DNA of 63,709 nucleotides, filler included, from Octopus bimaculoides (taxonomy: Eukaryota): the NCBI RefSeq assembly GCF_001194135.2. It is 8 parts of 8 records of this genome, joined end to end, with 100 filler letters (N's around TTAATTAATTAA, not from the genome) between each part and the next. Parts side by side here need not be neighbours in the genome. Positions count along the whole stretch, not along the records: positions 49,525 to 58,236 come from NC_069000.1; positions 58,337 to 61,538 come from NC_068992.1; positions 61,639 to 63,709 come from NW_026417224.1; 5 more parts are not named here. One strand, 5' to 3'. Position numbers and translations under genes: made by a program. Below the pieces are notes generated by a model, which saw only the letters and a program-made list of their open reading frames with translations, was not told the DNA's origin and ran no database searches. Positions 50,921 to 63,709 of the stretch are shown here, piece after piece. Positions within the stretch are counted from its first letter, which is position 1; every line of letters begins with the position of its first letter.

Positions 50921-51747
50921 ATAATTATATATATATATCTNNNNNNNNNNNNNNNNNNNNNNNNNNNNNNNNNNNNNNNNNNNNNNNNNNNNNNNNNNNN
51001 NNNNNNNNNNNNNNNNNNNNNNNNNNNNNNNNNNNNNNNNNNNNNNNNNNNNNNNNNNNNNNNNNNNNNNNNNNNNNNNNNNNNNNNNNNNNNNNNNNNN
51101 NNNNNNNNNNNNNNNNNNNNNNNNNNNNNNNNTATATATATATATATATATGCATATATATATATGTGTGTGTGCATATATATATACATATACGTATATA
51201 TAAAATAATGAAGGCAACTATATGTAATATAAAACCAAAAGGGTTTTATATGTATGTATGTACATTTGTATATACTCATACATACACATGCATTCATACA
51301 CATACACACACTCATATAAATATACATACACTTATAGTCACATACACACACCATACATACCAATTTAAGTAAAATAAAAGTTGTATGTCCCTGTTGAACA
51401 GACCTACATGTCTGTTCCGTGTTAATGCTGAGCAATTAATGTTTTCCCTATAAAAGCCTAAGTTTCTTTCTGTTATTGTATCTTCTTCCTTGCCATTATC
51501 TATACGATAATTAATTGTCAGCTCTTGAACACACCCACTTGGTAGATTTATGCGCTGGTAACTTCAACTTTAAACTCCACTTGCTGAAAGTAGTTGACTA
51601 GTCATGGGTTGACTATGTTTAAATTTGCCTGATGAGACAGGGAATCCATGTAATGTATGGTGTAACCCATTGTGACTACATTGGTTAAAGATTCCTAGCT
51701 AAACAATTGTTGCAAATTTAAACTTCATTCACCTGTTATTATATGTG

Positions 51748-51865
<118 letters not shown>

Positions 51866-53639
51866 GCACAAAGTTTTGTCAGTGAACAGGTTGTGGTTTT
51901 AAAGCAACAAAAATATTTTGACACAAATGGAATTTAAATGTTGAAATGAAACTAACGTTTTTTTCTTTTTTTTCTTTGTGTTCTTGAATGGCTTACAAGC
52001 ATCTTTCATGTTGGTTGCATTTGTTTTTTGTTTCAGCACACGATCTCAGATCAAATCACACGCAAGTCCATCTCCGTAATATAATGTGTGTGTGTGTATG
52101 TTATCATCATAGGTTCATTTATTTGAAAAAGAAGCGCACTCTAAAGCATTAGAGCAGTAATATATTTTTTAGGAAGTAAAACATTATGGCCAGTCATAAA
52201 GGGATTTTTCCCTATATTATGGCCAGTCATAAAGGGTTTACTCTAAGAGTCATGCTCAAGTGGTTAAAGACAATATTTTCGACCGAGACGCTATGAGCGT
52301 ATCTGATTCTTCAAATGCTTCAATTCTATGTATGTATATATATTTACTAGATTGCTGACATTTATCAACGGTTTCTCCCATTGTTGTGTTGATGCACCAT
52401 TTTCTATCATTAATAAAATTGTTGGCATTTTTGACAACACAAGTATGCTAGTGTATATATAATGTACACAATGTGAGTATATATATATGTACATGTTTAT
52501 GAATGTGTGTGTATGCCTGTATGTATGTATGTGTGTATGTATGTTATCAATCAGTTTCATTTCTGTATTTCTTGTCCATAGAGAAAGAGCCAGACTCTAA
52601 CATAGATTCAAGGCTCCTTCATTGGAACTTTTATCAACATCATCTAGGTATTTGTGCATATGTGTGTGTGTGTGTGCAGTATTTGGTGTTAGTGTATGTG
52701 CAGATTTGTATGTTTGTTTTATGGATGAGTTTTTATGTATATATTTTCATGTCTAGATGCATGCATATGTATTTATGTGCTAAATTTTTGGAAAGTTTTA
52801 CATATCTTTACAGTTCCATTGATGGCTTGAATCTGTAGTCTTCTAATCAGCCTTTTTCTTTCAGGTTTTTTCCTTTATGTATGTATGTATGTATGTGTGT
52901 GTGTATGTATGTATGTATGTATGTATGTATGTATGTATGCATGTGTTTGTCTATTATCAACATAAGCACAACCACCAACAGTAACAGTAATATATAGCAT
53001 GAAGTAGATAAGTAAATCCATCTCAAGTAAAAAACATTTAATGAAGTGTCCTGGTGTATTTTTAAAGCTGAATGAAATGTCTTTGATCTTAGATCTGTGA
53101 GGACTGACTTGAGACTAAACAGTCACAACAAAAGAATTAACAAGAACAATATAACCACCACAACACCAGCAATACCTTCCCACCATCACTAACATCTAAA
53201 CCAATGTAACCCACATCATCACCACTATCAACCCACCGACTTTTGAATCCAACTGACTACCATAGATATCAGCATGCTAACACATGTGTGTGCATATGTG
53301 TGTGTGTCAGAGTGTGTCCGAGTGAGTGTGTGTGTGTGTGTGTGTGTATGAGTGCATGTGTGTGTATGTATTTATGTCTTAAGTTGGAAGTGCAAGGTAA
53401 GAAATGCCTATAAAATCTAGTGACCCTTCAGCTAACTGTAATCATATAGTACTTTCTCTTCCTCAGCCCTTCACTTTTCCATCTCATTTTAATTATTTCA
53501 TTAATAGGAATAAAACAATTTTCTGCTTTCACAAATTAGATCTTTCCTGAGCCAATTTTTTTTTTTTACTACATATTTATTGTAGATATTTAATCGCCGC
53601 TGCTATTGTATTTGCTTTCAATTTAAGAAGCCTGGAAAG

Positions 53640-55695
53640 AAGCTATCAATTAGACTTGAAGGCAGCTGTGCAAAAAGGAACCACAAAGGGATTACTCTAG
53701 ATATTAAATTTCATGTCTTAAAAAGACTTGATGCTGAAGTTATTAAAACATTAAATCTTACAACATCTACAGTGAGAACAATACATGACAGCAGAGAGAA
53801 AATTATATCAAGTGCTCAAGAAGCTACTCCATTAATTGTTTGGTCCATATTTTTCCATATATCTAAAGGTAATGCTTAAAATGGAATTACTCTGAGTGTA
53901 TGGATCATGGACCAGAATCAGCATAATGTACTGATAAATATGATGATAATTCAAAAATAAACCAAAAGTTTATATGACAATTTGCAGAAAAAGGGAGATG
54001 AAACTTCAAAGAAAAGCCCTTTTTTGGCTACTAAAGGCTGGTTTGGAAGGTTTAAGGAGTGCATGAATATGCACAACATAGAAGTGACTGGTAAAACTGT
54101 GAGTGCTAATACAGAGGCCGCAACTAATTGTCCTGGGTAGCTGAAGAAAATGATTGCTGAAAGGAGTTACACACCAGAGCAAGTATACAATGTTGATGAA
54201 ACTGCACTTTTCTGAAAGTGCATGCTTGATAGAACTTTTATTTCTCAATAAGAAAAACCAACACCAGGATTTAAAGCTTCCGAAAATCACCTCCTGACAC
54301 TTCATTTGGGAGGAAATGGTACTAAGGATATGAAATTAAAACCCCTACACACGTATAACTCTGAAAATCTAAGGGCTTTCAAGGATTATACAAAGTTTAA
54401 TCTCAGATTTGGCATTCAAATAAGAAAGCATGGATGATTAAGAACCTTTTCAAAGAGTGATTTACAAACATTTTTGTCTTGCAGCAGAAAGGTACAGTGC
54501 CAGACAATATTTTGAACAAAGCATTGCTTCTTTTAGACAATGCAATTAGCCACCCAACAAACTTAGATGACCTTTCTGATAATGTGAGAGTAGAATATAT
54601 CCCCAAGAATACAACTTCTTTCTTCCAGGAAATGGATCAAGGTGGGATAGCTAACTTCAAAGCATATTATGAGAACTTTCAAACAAATTATGAAAGCAAT
54701 TGACAAGGAGGATAAACCTACTGTTAGATATTTCTGGGAAAAATTCAATATAATGGATGCTGTGAGCAATATAGCTGATCATAGGATGAAGTGAAACCTT
54801 CAGCTTTGAATAGTGCTTAGAAAGGTATATGGCCAGATTGTATCTGTGACATTACAAGATTTCCTCAAGCAAAAAGTCTGCATCAAATTTGGAAAGATAT
54901 TGTGACACTTGCAAAAGATGTAGGGTTTGAAAAAGTCATAGAGAATGATCATTATTGTATTGTTAGTGTCCTGGATACAAAATTTAACTAACTAGGAGCA
55001 GATGTTGTTTGAAATAGAACAAGCTGAGCATACAGATGAGAAAGCGGAAGCTTCTCCTACACCACTTAAATTGACTTCAAAAATTATTGTTAAAGGAGTG
55101 GTACTTTTAGAGGAAGGTCTGCAGGTTTTTACAGAAAATGATCCTAATCATGAACATAGCAAAAAATTACAAGAGGAGTTTACAATGAGCCCAATTTCTA
55201 TACTGAGCTACACAAAGAGATATGTCATAAACAACAAACAACTTTGGATAAGTTCTTCACCCCTCGAGCTGATGTTCATGATAATAAACTATAAGATATG
55301 GAAATATTATCCCTCACTCAACTAGCAATGCTCATTCTACCACCATGCCTCACACTGTAGTCAACATCTTTTGTAGTAAGAATGTACTCTTATGATATTC
55401 TGATTCTTATTCTCTGACTTATTCCTCTTGAAACGTTTTTGTACTTTTATGTATCTAAATTGTCTCATGTATGTTTAGAAATTGTTATTTTCTTGCATAA
55501 AGGTGATTGTGTTGCTTGTTCTCTGTTGTTTTATTGTCCTTCCATTTTTTTTTCTTAAATGTTTGTTGGAATGCAATCTCAGTTGATAATATGAAAATCA
55601 AAATGAATGAGAAAATTAATTTCACATAACACCATTTTGCATTTTGACCAGATTTTCAGAAACACATTACTTTCATAAACCAAGGGCTTCCTCTG
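53640..55695 (+). mobile_element. Tigger/pogo-family DNA transposon, degenerate transposase
   Basis: HTH-psq-like ITLDIKFHVLKRL; FLATKGWFGRFK; QVYNVDETALF; LLLLDNAISHP; IPKNTTSFFQEMDQGGIANFKAYY. Multiple stops. Confidence 0.9.
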
Positions 55696-55706
55696 TGTGT
55701 GTATGT

Positions 55707-55738
<32 letters not shown>

Positions 55739-56229
55739 TTAACATCTGTTGTCCATGCTGGCATGGGTTGGATAGTTTGACCAGGGTCAATAAACTGAGA
55801 GGCTGATTTGGCATGATTTTCTATGACTGGATGCCCTTCCTGACATCAACCACTCCAAGAGTGCAATGTGTGCTTTTACACGGCACTGGCACAGATGCCA
55901 GTTGCGTGACACCAGTATTGCCATGACTACAGTTTCACTCAAGCATGGCATATTGTCAAAGGTCTGGGTCATTTGAAATTGCCTCCACGAGGCCCAATGT
56001 TGAAAAGGTGCTTTTTACATGCCACTGGCACAGTATTGGTCACATTGCCTCCATGAGACCCAACACTCAAAAGGTGCTTTTTACATGCCACTGGTATGGA
56101 TGCTAGTTATACAACACTGGCCACTACTATGATTTCACTTGGCTTAACAAGTCTTCTCCAGCACAGCATATTGCCAAAGGTCTTGGTCACTAGTCATTGC
56201 CTTTGTGAGGTCCAACATTCAAAGACCAT

Positions 56230-56560
56230 GCTTCCCCAACTCTTCCCATGTCTTCCTGGGTCTACCTTTTCCACAGGTTCCCTCCACAGTTAGAGATCAG
56301 CACTTCTTCACACAGCTGTACTCATCCATATACATCACATGACCATACCAGCGCAGTCCTCTCTCTTGCACACCACATCTGATGCCACTTATGCCCAACT
56401 TTTCTCTCAAGATGTTTACACTCTGTTGTACATGCACACTGACATTACACATCTAGCAAAGTATGCTAACTTCATTTCTTACAAGCCTACACATGTTCTT
56501 GGTAGTCACAGCCTATGTTTCACTGTTGTGTAGCATAATTGTTTGCACACAGACATCATC
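56230..56560 (-). mobile_element. RTE-clade LINE 3' coding remnant
   Basis: GIRCGVQERGLRWYGHVMYM...VEGTCGKGRPRKTW. Confidence 0.8.
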
Positions 56561-57427
56561 ATACATATATATAAAATACATACACACACATGTATGCATA
56601 TAGTTAGAACTATATACATATAAATTTCATATGCATATATATATCAAAAAAATAAAAAAACAAATAGCTGTGTCTAAATTCTTCTTAGAGAAATTCAAGT
56701 AGTTCTGTATAGCTCTATTCACTCAGCCTATTATTATTCAGTTGTTTGTTTAACTAGTTAGCTTATTGGTTATTGTGTTTAGTCCTTGCTATTTTGTATT
56801 TTCATGATATATCATTAGAAGGTCTATCATTAGCTATTCTGCTCAGATGTATAAGTTACTGTATTCTTTATATACCTTTTATACGTGTCCCATTTGCACT
56901 ATATATTAAGCACTGCATATGTGTATTTATGCATAATATAAATGCATATACCGAAATGTACTTATATTTCTGAAGGCGCAGGAGTGGCTGTGTGGTAAGT
57001 AGCTTGCTTACCAACCACATGGTTCCAGGTTCAGTCCCACTGCGTGGCACCTTGGGCAAGTGTCTTCTACTATTAGCCTCAGGCTGACCAAAGCCTTGTG
57101 AGTGGATTTGGTAGATGGAAACTGAAAGAAGCCCGTCATATATATGTATATGTATATGTGTGTATGTGTGTGTGTGTTTATGTGTGTGTGTGTTTATGTG
57201 TCTGTGTTTGTCCCCCAACATCGCTTGACAACTGATGCTGGTGTGTTTATGTCCCCGTAACTTAGCGGTTCGGCAAAAGAGACCGATAGAATAAGTACTA
57301 GGCTTACAAAAGAATAAGTCCTGGGGTCGATTTGCTCGACTAAAGGTGGTGCTCCAGCATGGCCACAGTCAAATGACTGAAACAAGTAAAAGAGTAAAGA
57401 GTGTGTGCTCACAACAACAACAACAAC

Positions 57428-57471
<44 letters not shown>

Positions 57472-57473
<2 letters not shown>

Positions 57474-58030
57474 GGGGTGAAACGGGATGGCACATTATTA
57501 GCAAATATCCAAAATTGGCACAATGTTATTACAAAAGGCAACATGACAGTGTGGCAAGAATGGTCCATTGGGAGCTCTGTAGAAATCACAGCCTACAAAG
57601 AGCAAAGACATGGTATGAGAAAACCCCAGAAGGAGTCACCGAGAAAGAAGATTGCAAAATCCTATGGGATGCAATGATTCAATGCAATCACCACACCAGA
57701 CATCGGAAACCAAACTTTGTTGTGGTGAATAAAAAAGAAAGAACTTGCATGATAACTGACATAGCATGTCCTGATGACAACAGGATCATAGAGAAAGAAG
57801 AAGAAAAATAAACAACTATGATGATTTGAAGTAGCAAATACACAGGTTGTGGTCAATGAGGAGAGTAGATGTGATACCAATAGTAATTGGTGGACTTGAA
57901 AGTATCAGTATTCAACTACCAGCATGGCTCAACAAGACTGGTACAAATATAAGCATAGAACACCTACACCTATGTTTCGTTATAACTCGCAAAGTTGTTA
58001 ACGACACAGCTGACCCAATCAGCCGTTAAG
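57472..58030 (+). mobile_element. R4/Dong-like LINE 3' fragment starting at an (AAT)n tract
   Basis: GETGWHIISKYPKLAQCYYKRQHDSVARMVHWELC...KILWDAMIQC...RKPN...ITDIACPDD...PIVIGGL. Confidence 0.85.
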
Positions 58031-58336
58031 GTATAGCGTTCGGTGAGTTATGTAAAAAAAATTTAATTTATTCATTTTTGCGGGTTGAAATGTACATTTC
58101 CTTTGATCTCATGAGAACTACGTTAAGTGAAAGAGAGAGAAAATTGACAGGGCCGTGTGTATGCGTTGATGGGGGGTGCAAGACAGAAAGTGTGTGTTGT
58201 GTGTGTATGTGAGAGAGAGAGAGAGAGCAAGCGAGANNNNNNNNNNNNNNNNNNNNNNNNNNNNNNNNNNNNNNNNNNNNTTAATTAATTAANNNNNNNN
58301 NNNNNNNNNNNNNNNNNNNNNNNNNNNNNNNNNNNN

Positions 58337-58381
<45 letters not shown>

Positions 58382-58397
58382 TCTTTATTTATCTCTA

Positions 58398-58446
<49 letters not shown>

Positions 58447-59639
58447 GAGGGGTGTTCATTAAAGACATCCCCTGAACCACTTCCCAAGGACTGGGATAAA
58501 CAAAACTTGGCATAATTACTAGTCCTTCTCTACATAGCCATCACCAATGGTGACATACTTCTCCCATTGCTTTATGCATCTGTGAAAACCTTGTCTCTAA
58601 AAGTTGATAGGTTGCATCTGAAATCGAAAAGTGCCTCTTCTTCAAAAAAGACTTTGTAGTTGGAAAGAAGTAGAAGTCAGATGGTGCAAGGTCGGGGAGT
58701 AATCAGAATATGTGCATTGTGAACTGGAATGTTGTCTTGGAGGAGGCAGACTCCTTTGGTCAGCATGCCGTGCCTCTCTGCTTTGATGGCATCCTGCAAT
58801 TTCTGCAACAGAGAAGCATAATAAGCCCCATTAATTCTGCCCTTTGCCAGAAAATCCATCATCACTATTCCACGCTGGTCCCAAAAGACTGTGAGCATCA
58901 GCTTGCCTGCTGAGGGTAGGACATGAGCCTTCTTTGGAGGTAGTGAGTTATCATGCTTCCATTGCTTTGACTGGACTTTAGTCTCAGGATCACAGAGATG
59001 GATCCATGTTTCATCCTGTGTGATAAGTCTGCCAAAAAGTACTCCTCATTTTCTTGGCATATTGCCAAAAGTTTCTAGAAGCAATTGACTCATTCCTGCT
59101 TCTGAAAAGTTGTCAGCATCCAGGGAATCTATTGTGCAGACAACTTCCACATGTGCAAATGGTCATGAATGATTTTTCCACTTATCTTCACTTCTTGGGC
59201 TAGTTGCTGAAGTGCTATGCAGTAATCCCCCAAAATGGCAGCTTCCACTTTATAGATGGTGTTGTCATCAATGGCAGAATGTGGTCATCCAGGAAAGGGA
59301 GCAGTTTCCACTGATGTCTGACCACATTTGAACTGGTGATGCTAGTGCTTGAGTATAACATATGATGTTGCATTGTCACAATAAACTTCTTTCATCTCAT
59401 CGAAAGTCTCTTTTGGTGTATAACCTTTGAAGTATAAGAACCTGATCACTGATCTGCATTCAACTGCCTCCATTATAACACCTTAGTCCACTTCAGCAGC
59501 CGTAAAAGACAAACAAATGCTAGTGGAAAGCTGCAATTTACAATGTGACATGTAGACATATATGATTATAGTTGTACCTGTTCTGTTTCCTGAAATAACC
59601 AGAAGTGGGTCAGGGGAAATCTTAAGTAAACATCCTTCA
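58447..59639 (-). mobile_element. mariner element with TIRs, defective transposase
   Basis: ATG at 59473 (MEAVECRSVIRFLY); TQDETWIH; MLTVFWD; LLQDN; YSPDLAP region deleted. TIRs share cccctga.ccacttc. Confidence 0.9.
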
Positions 59640-60123
59640 TATGCTCATATATGTATACACACACACACACACACACTCACATAGTTCATAGATGAGATCC
59701 AGAGATTCTTCATATAGAAGACACTTAGTTGTGCTCAAAGATTCAAACTTAGACTCCACTGTCTTTACAGGGGATCATTCCATAAGGTAAAGAAAGGCTA
59801 TAAGAGGGATGAAGTTGAGCAGGTATAGAGGCAGATAAACAAATTAGATACATCAAATATATTAAATATATTAAGTTCAAAATATGTGTATATGTATGCA
59901 TGCTAAACAAGAGAAAGCAAAAGGAGGAGACTTTCAGATGATGAATTTTTAAGTATAAATATATAGATATTTATATTAATAGGTCCAACTTACTATTAAT
60001 TTATATTAATAGATCAAACTTATACATATTTTGAATCTAATATATTTAATATATTTGATGTATCTAATTTGTTTATCCACATAATTGCTTTTCTCCCAAT
60101 ATATATATATATATATATATATA

Positions 60124-60950
60124 CTAGCAGTCGTCCGGGTGTGACTTATTACGCCATTTATGATAAGTCTTGCTAGGTGAAAATCAATTAAAAAAGAAAG
60201 CCTTACAATGAAAAAAACCCTTATGATGTAAATATGTTCATAATTCAAATGACGACGAAATTAATAGGGAAAGTCTGAAGGCTGTTTTGTGTAACATTAT
60301 TAAGCGTACGTAAATTTCATCCGTCTAATTGGCTATACAAATGCTTTTGCAAAACAACTTTTTGCGCTGCACTGATTATACATAGCAGGGTAATCCCTTT
60401 TTGCAGGAGCTAGGACGGTAGTTTCTGATGAAGCAATTGCTGGTGATCTGTTGCTACACAGTTCTGCCAGAATTCTATCAGATTGGGCAGTAGATGTTCA
60501 TGCACCATTTTGTATTATGTTCAAATTATCTCTTGAAATGTGGTGAATTGCTGCAGCCTGTTGCTGTCTTTTTAACCTGGTTGCTTTCTTTCCCCAGCAA
60601 ACTCTCTTCTTTGGAGGCATAATCTATGTATATATTAAACAGAACAAAAAGTTATAACAGATGGCAAGGTGGGTAGTTTTCACGGCGATCTTACGTTACC
60701 AAATCCAAAGCTGTCATTTAAACCACGTGTGTTTATTTACATCACATCGGCCTTTTCCATAAAAGGGTTTTAGGGTTAGGGTTAGGGAACTCCCTCCCTA
60801 ACCCTAACCCTGACCATAACCCTAACTCTAAAACCCTTTTACGGAAAAGGCCGATATGATGTAAATAAACACATGTGGTTCAAGTGACAGCTTTGGAACT
60901 GGTAACGTAAGATCGCCGTTTTTACATTTCTAATGAAGTTCACTGATTTT
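60124..60950 (-). mobile_element. Probable non-autonomous Helitron carrying a 238-bp palindrome
   Basis: Minus 3' end ...cccggacgactgCTAG|T at 60124. Short MPPKKRVCWGKKATRLKR start at ~60620. Palindrome at 60682-60919. Confidence 0.5.
60682..60919. repeat. Palindrome with central (TTAGGG)n / (CCCTAA)n
   Basis: acggcgatcttacgttacca...tggtaacgtaagatcgccgt arms, ~100 bp each, near perfect. Confidence 0.9.
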
Positions 60951-61638
60951 CAATGTGTTGTCCTGTCTACATAAGCTCCGTAGTTTGTATATTTACAAAA
61001 CATTGACGAACATGTAGTAAAGTAAGATTTAGTTATATTGCAGTGAATGCTTGTGTGTATGCGTGCGTGTGTGCGTTTGAGAGAGTGAGAGAGAAGAGGA
61101 AGAGAGAGAGAGGGGAAGAAAGGAATAGAGAATGGGAGCAATGAAGAGAGAGAAAGAAAGGAAGGGAGAAGGGAAGACAGTTATAAGATAGCAATGCGTG
61201 CACGTGTTTATATAAGAAACACACACAAACTAAATCTTATATCTATAATGTTGATGTGTGTATGTATTTATGTGTATGTTGTCACAGATCAAGTATGTGT
61301 GGTTGTGTGTGTTTTTACGTATCAATGTTATAAAAATAGGTAAAGAATACTGAGAGGAAACTTTAATCTATGACTTTGTATGTATCACTTTCTCTCTCTC
61401 TCTCTCTCTCTCTCTCCCTCTTTTCCTCTTACTGAGCGCGTGTATAAGAACGCCGATCCAGGTAGAAGGGAAGAAATATAAAAGTTGCTAGAAACAACAG
61501 CCAAATCTCCCTTAAATCACACAAAGTAGACGGAATTTNNNNNNNNNNNNNNNNNNNNNNNNNNNNNNNNNNNNNNNNNNNNTTAATTAATTAANNNNNN
61601 NNNNNNNNNNNNNNNNNNNNNNNNNNNNNNNNNNNNNN

Positions 61639-61670
<32 letters not shown>

Positions 61671-62229
61671 CAGGCTTCATTCAGTTTCCTTCTACCAAAT
61701 TCATTCATAAGGCTTTGGTCAGTTTGAGGCTATAGTAGAAGACATTTGCTTTAGGTGCCATGCTGTGAGACTGAACCAGGAACCAAGCTGTTGGGAAGCA
61801 AGCTTCACACAGCCATGCCCGTGCCTACTTTATTCATGTTTCTCATAAAAGTTTTGAAATCATTGTATACAGACGTTCTGATTGGTGTCTAAAATTACAG
61901 TTGGGAAAGAGCAACTATTTATACATTTTTGAAAATTGCGACTTGATGACAACATACTCTTAACATGTAAATATCATGTGTGTTGGTGTAAGATATTGCA
62001 TGGTAGTGAAACATGGGGATTACATGCAGAAGGTTTGTGAATATTAGCAAGAAATAAGATTTGTGTGCTTTTGCTTGATGTCTAATGTTAATGTGCATGA
62101 ATGATGGAGCATATGTCTAGCAAAGAAAAAAAAGGCAGAATGGAAAGAATGTGTTCAAAACAAAAATAGACAATACCATACATGTCAAACACTTCAATAG
62201 TGCCATCCTATCTGTGCTTTTATATGCAA

Positions 62230-62328
62230 GTCAGACTTGGACTACTATGAAAAGGATAGAATGACTGGTGATGATGCAAAGGGTTATAGAAAGATCCCTG
62301 CTAGGAATATCATTACAAGAACATATTC
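62230..62328 (+). mobile_element. RTE-like LINE fragment
   Basis: WTTMKRIE*LVMMQRVIERSLLGISLQEHI. Confidence 0.6.
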
Positions 62329-63066
62329 NNNNNNNNNNNNNNNNNNNNNNNNNNNNNNNNNNNNNNNNNNNNNNNNNNNNNNNNNNNNNNNNNNNNNNNN
62401 NNNNNNNNNNNNNNNNNNNNNNNNNNNNNNNNNNNNNNNNNNNNNNNNNNNNNNNNNNNNNNNNNNNNNNNNNNNNNNNNNNNNNNNNNNNNNNNNNNNN
62501 NNNNNNNNNNNNNNNNNNNNNNNNNNNNNNNNNNNNNNNNNNNNNNNNNNNNNNNNNNNNNNNNNNNNNNNNNNNNNNNNNNNNNNNNNNNNNNNNNNNN
62601 NNNNNNNNNNNNNNNNNNNNNNNNNNNNNNNNNNNNNNNNNNNNNNNNNNNNNNNNNNNNNNNNNNNNNNNNNNNNNNNNNNNNNNNNNNNNNNNNNNNN
62701 NNNNNNNNNNNNNNNNNNNNNNNNNNNNNNNNNNNNNNNNNNNNNNNNNNNNNNNNNNNNNNNNNNNNNNNNNNNNNNNNNNNNNNNNNNNNNNNNNNNN
62801 NNNNNNNNNNNNNNNNNNNNNNNNNNNNNNNNNNNNNNNNNNNNNNNNNNNNNNNNNNNNNNNNNNNNNNNNNNNNNNNNNNNNNNNNNNNNNNNNNNNN
62901 NNNNNNNNNNNNNNNNNNNNNNNNNNNNNNNNNNNNNNNNNNNNNNNNNNNNNNNNNNNNNNNNNNNNNNNNNNNNNNNNNNNNNNNNNNNNNNNNNNNN
63001 NNNNNNNNNNNNNNNNNNNNNNNNNNNNNNNNNNNNNNNNNNNNNNNNNNNNNNNNNNNNNNNNNN

Positions 63067-63592
63067 TGACACCTCCTTCAGGTTTGTTGTCCTACATCAC
63101 TCATAAAGTAAATTTGGAGTAACTGTAGTTGTTCATTTGTGAGTAAGAGGTTCAGCTATCTCTTTAGATGCACCAAACGATGTCATTTGAAATGCAGAGT
63201 TGTATTGTCTGATATTGTTCAAAAAATCCTTTGACTGGATGGAAGTGCCTTCCAGATGATCCTGCAGCATGCCTCTGCTGATCTTGAGATCTTGAGATCA
63301 TCTTGTTTCTGTCTTGAGACTGCATTTGATGTGCTGCAGCATGCATTTGCTGATCTTAGGAAAGTCTCATCTCCCTTCTGTATTGAGACTCCATCTGACG
63401 TACTGTAGCATATCTTTGCTGATCTTGAGAAAGTATCATCTCGCTTCTGTATTGAGACCCCATTTGACGTTCTGCAGCATGCATTTGCTGATCTTGAGAA
63501 AGTGTCATCTCCCTTTTGTTTTGAGACTCTTGCCTTTGGCTTTCTACAATCCTTCTTGCTTTATACTTGTTTCTGGAGAGGCATATTTTTTC
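63067..63592 (-). mobile_element. Helitron RepHel N-terminal remnant with 69-bp (23-aa) repeats
   Basis: About 4 repeats of ESQ.RREM.LSQDQQ.HAA.RQM, then (other frame) SKDFLNNIRQYNSAFQMTSFGA and LQIYFMSD, both Helitron N-terminal motifs. Confidence 0.85.
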
Positions 63593-63709
63593 AATATTGT
63601 AAACAAAAAAATTATGAACATAGAAAAAATTATATACTAGGTTGAGGAAAAAGTTCATGTGCCGTGTTAAAATAATGATTTTTTATGCAAGAATTTATTC
63701 AAAAACAAC

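Noticed and set aside
51630-51700. CUGAUGA-GACAG start of a possible hammerhead
   Set aside because: No matching helix II partner or GAAA downstream.

Overview
AT-rich, microsatellite-dense eukaryotic genomic DNA with many N gaps. The SINE families and repeat style suggest a coleoid cephalopod such as Octopus; this is inference, not a database result. There is one well-supported protein-coding gene, a laccase-type multicopper oxidase. All three cupredoxin domains and four Cu motifs lie in one ~2-kb exon (CDS 3932-5900). That exon splices in phase 1 to a small exon (11612-11733) adding a C-terminal transmembrane helix, giving a predicted 696-aa type I membrane protein that the ORF track misses. 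An apparently identical 265-bp copy of part of the exon lies 4.4 kb upstream. The rest is transposon debris: Penelope-like elements, R4/Dong-like LINEs, RTE, mariner, Tigger/pogo, Helitrons, MITEs/foldbacks and several tRNA-derived SINE families. Reading the DNA directly reveals about seven type I hammerhead ribozyme motifs from several families. Two have a fully canonical catalytic core, and one sits inside a tRNA-headed SINE-like element. No rRNA, bona fide tRNA or CRISPR array was found.
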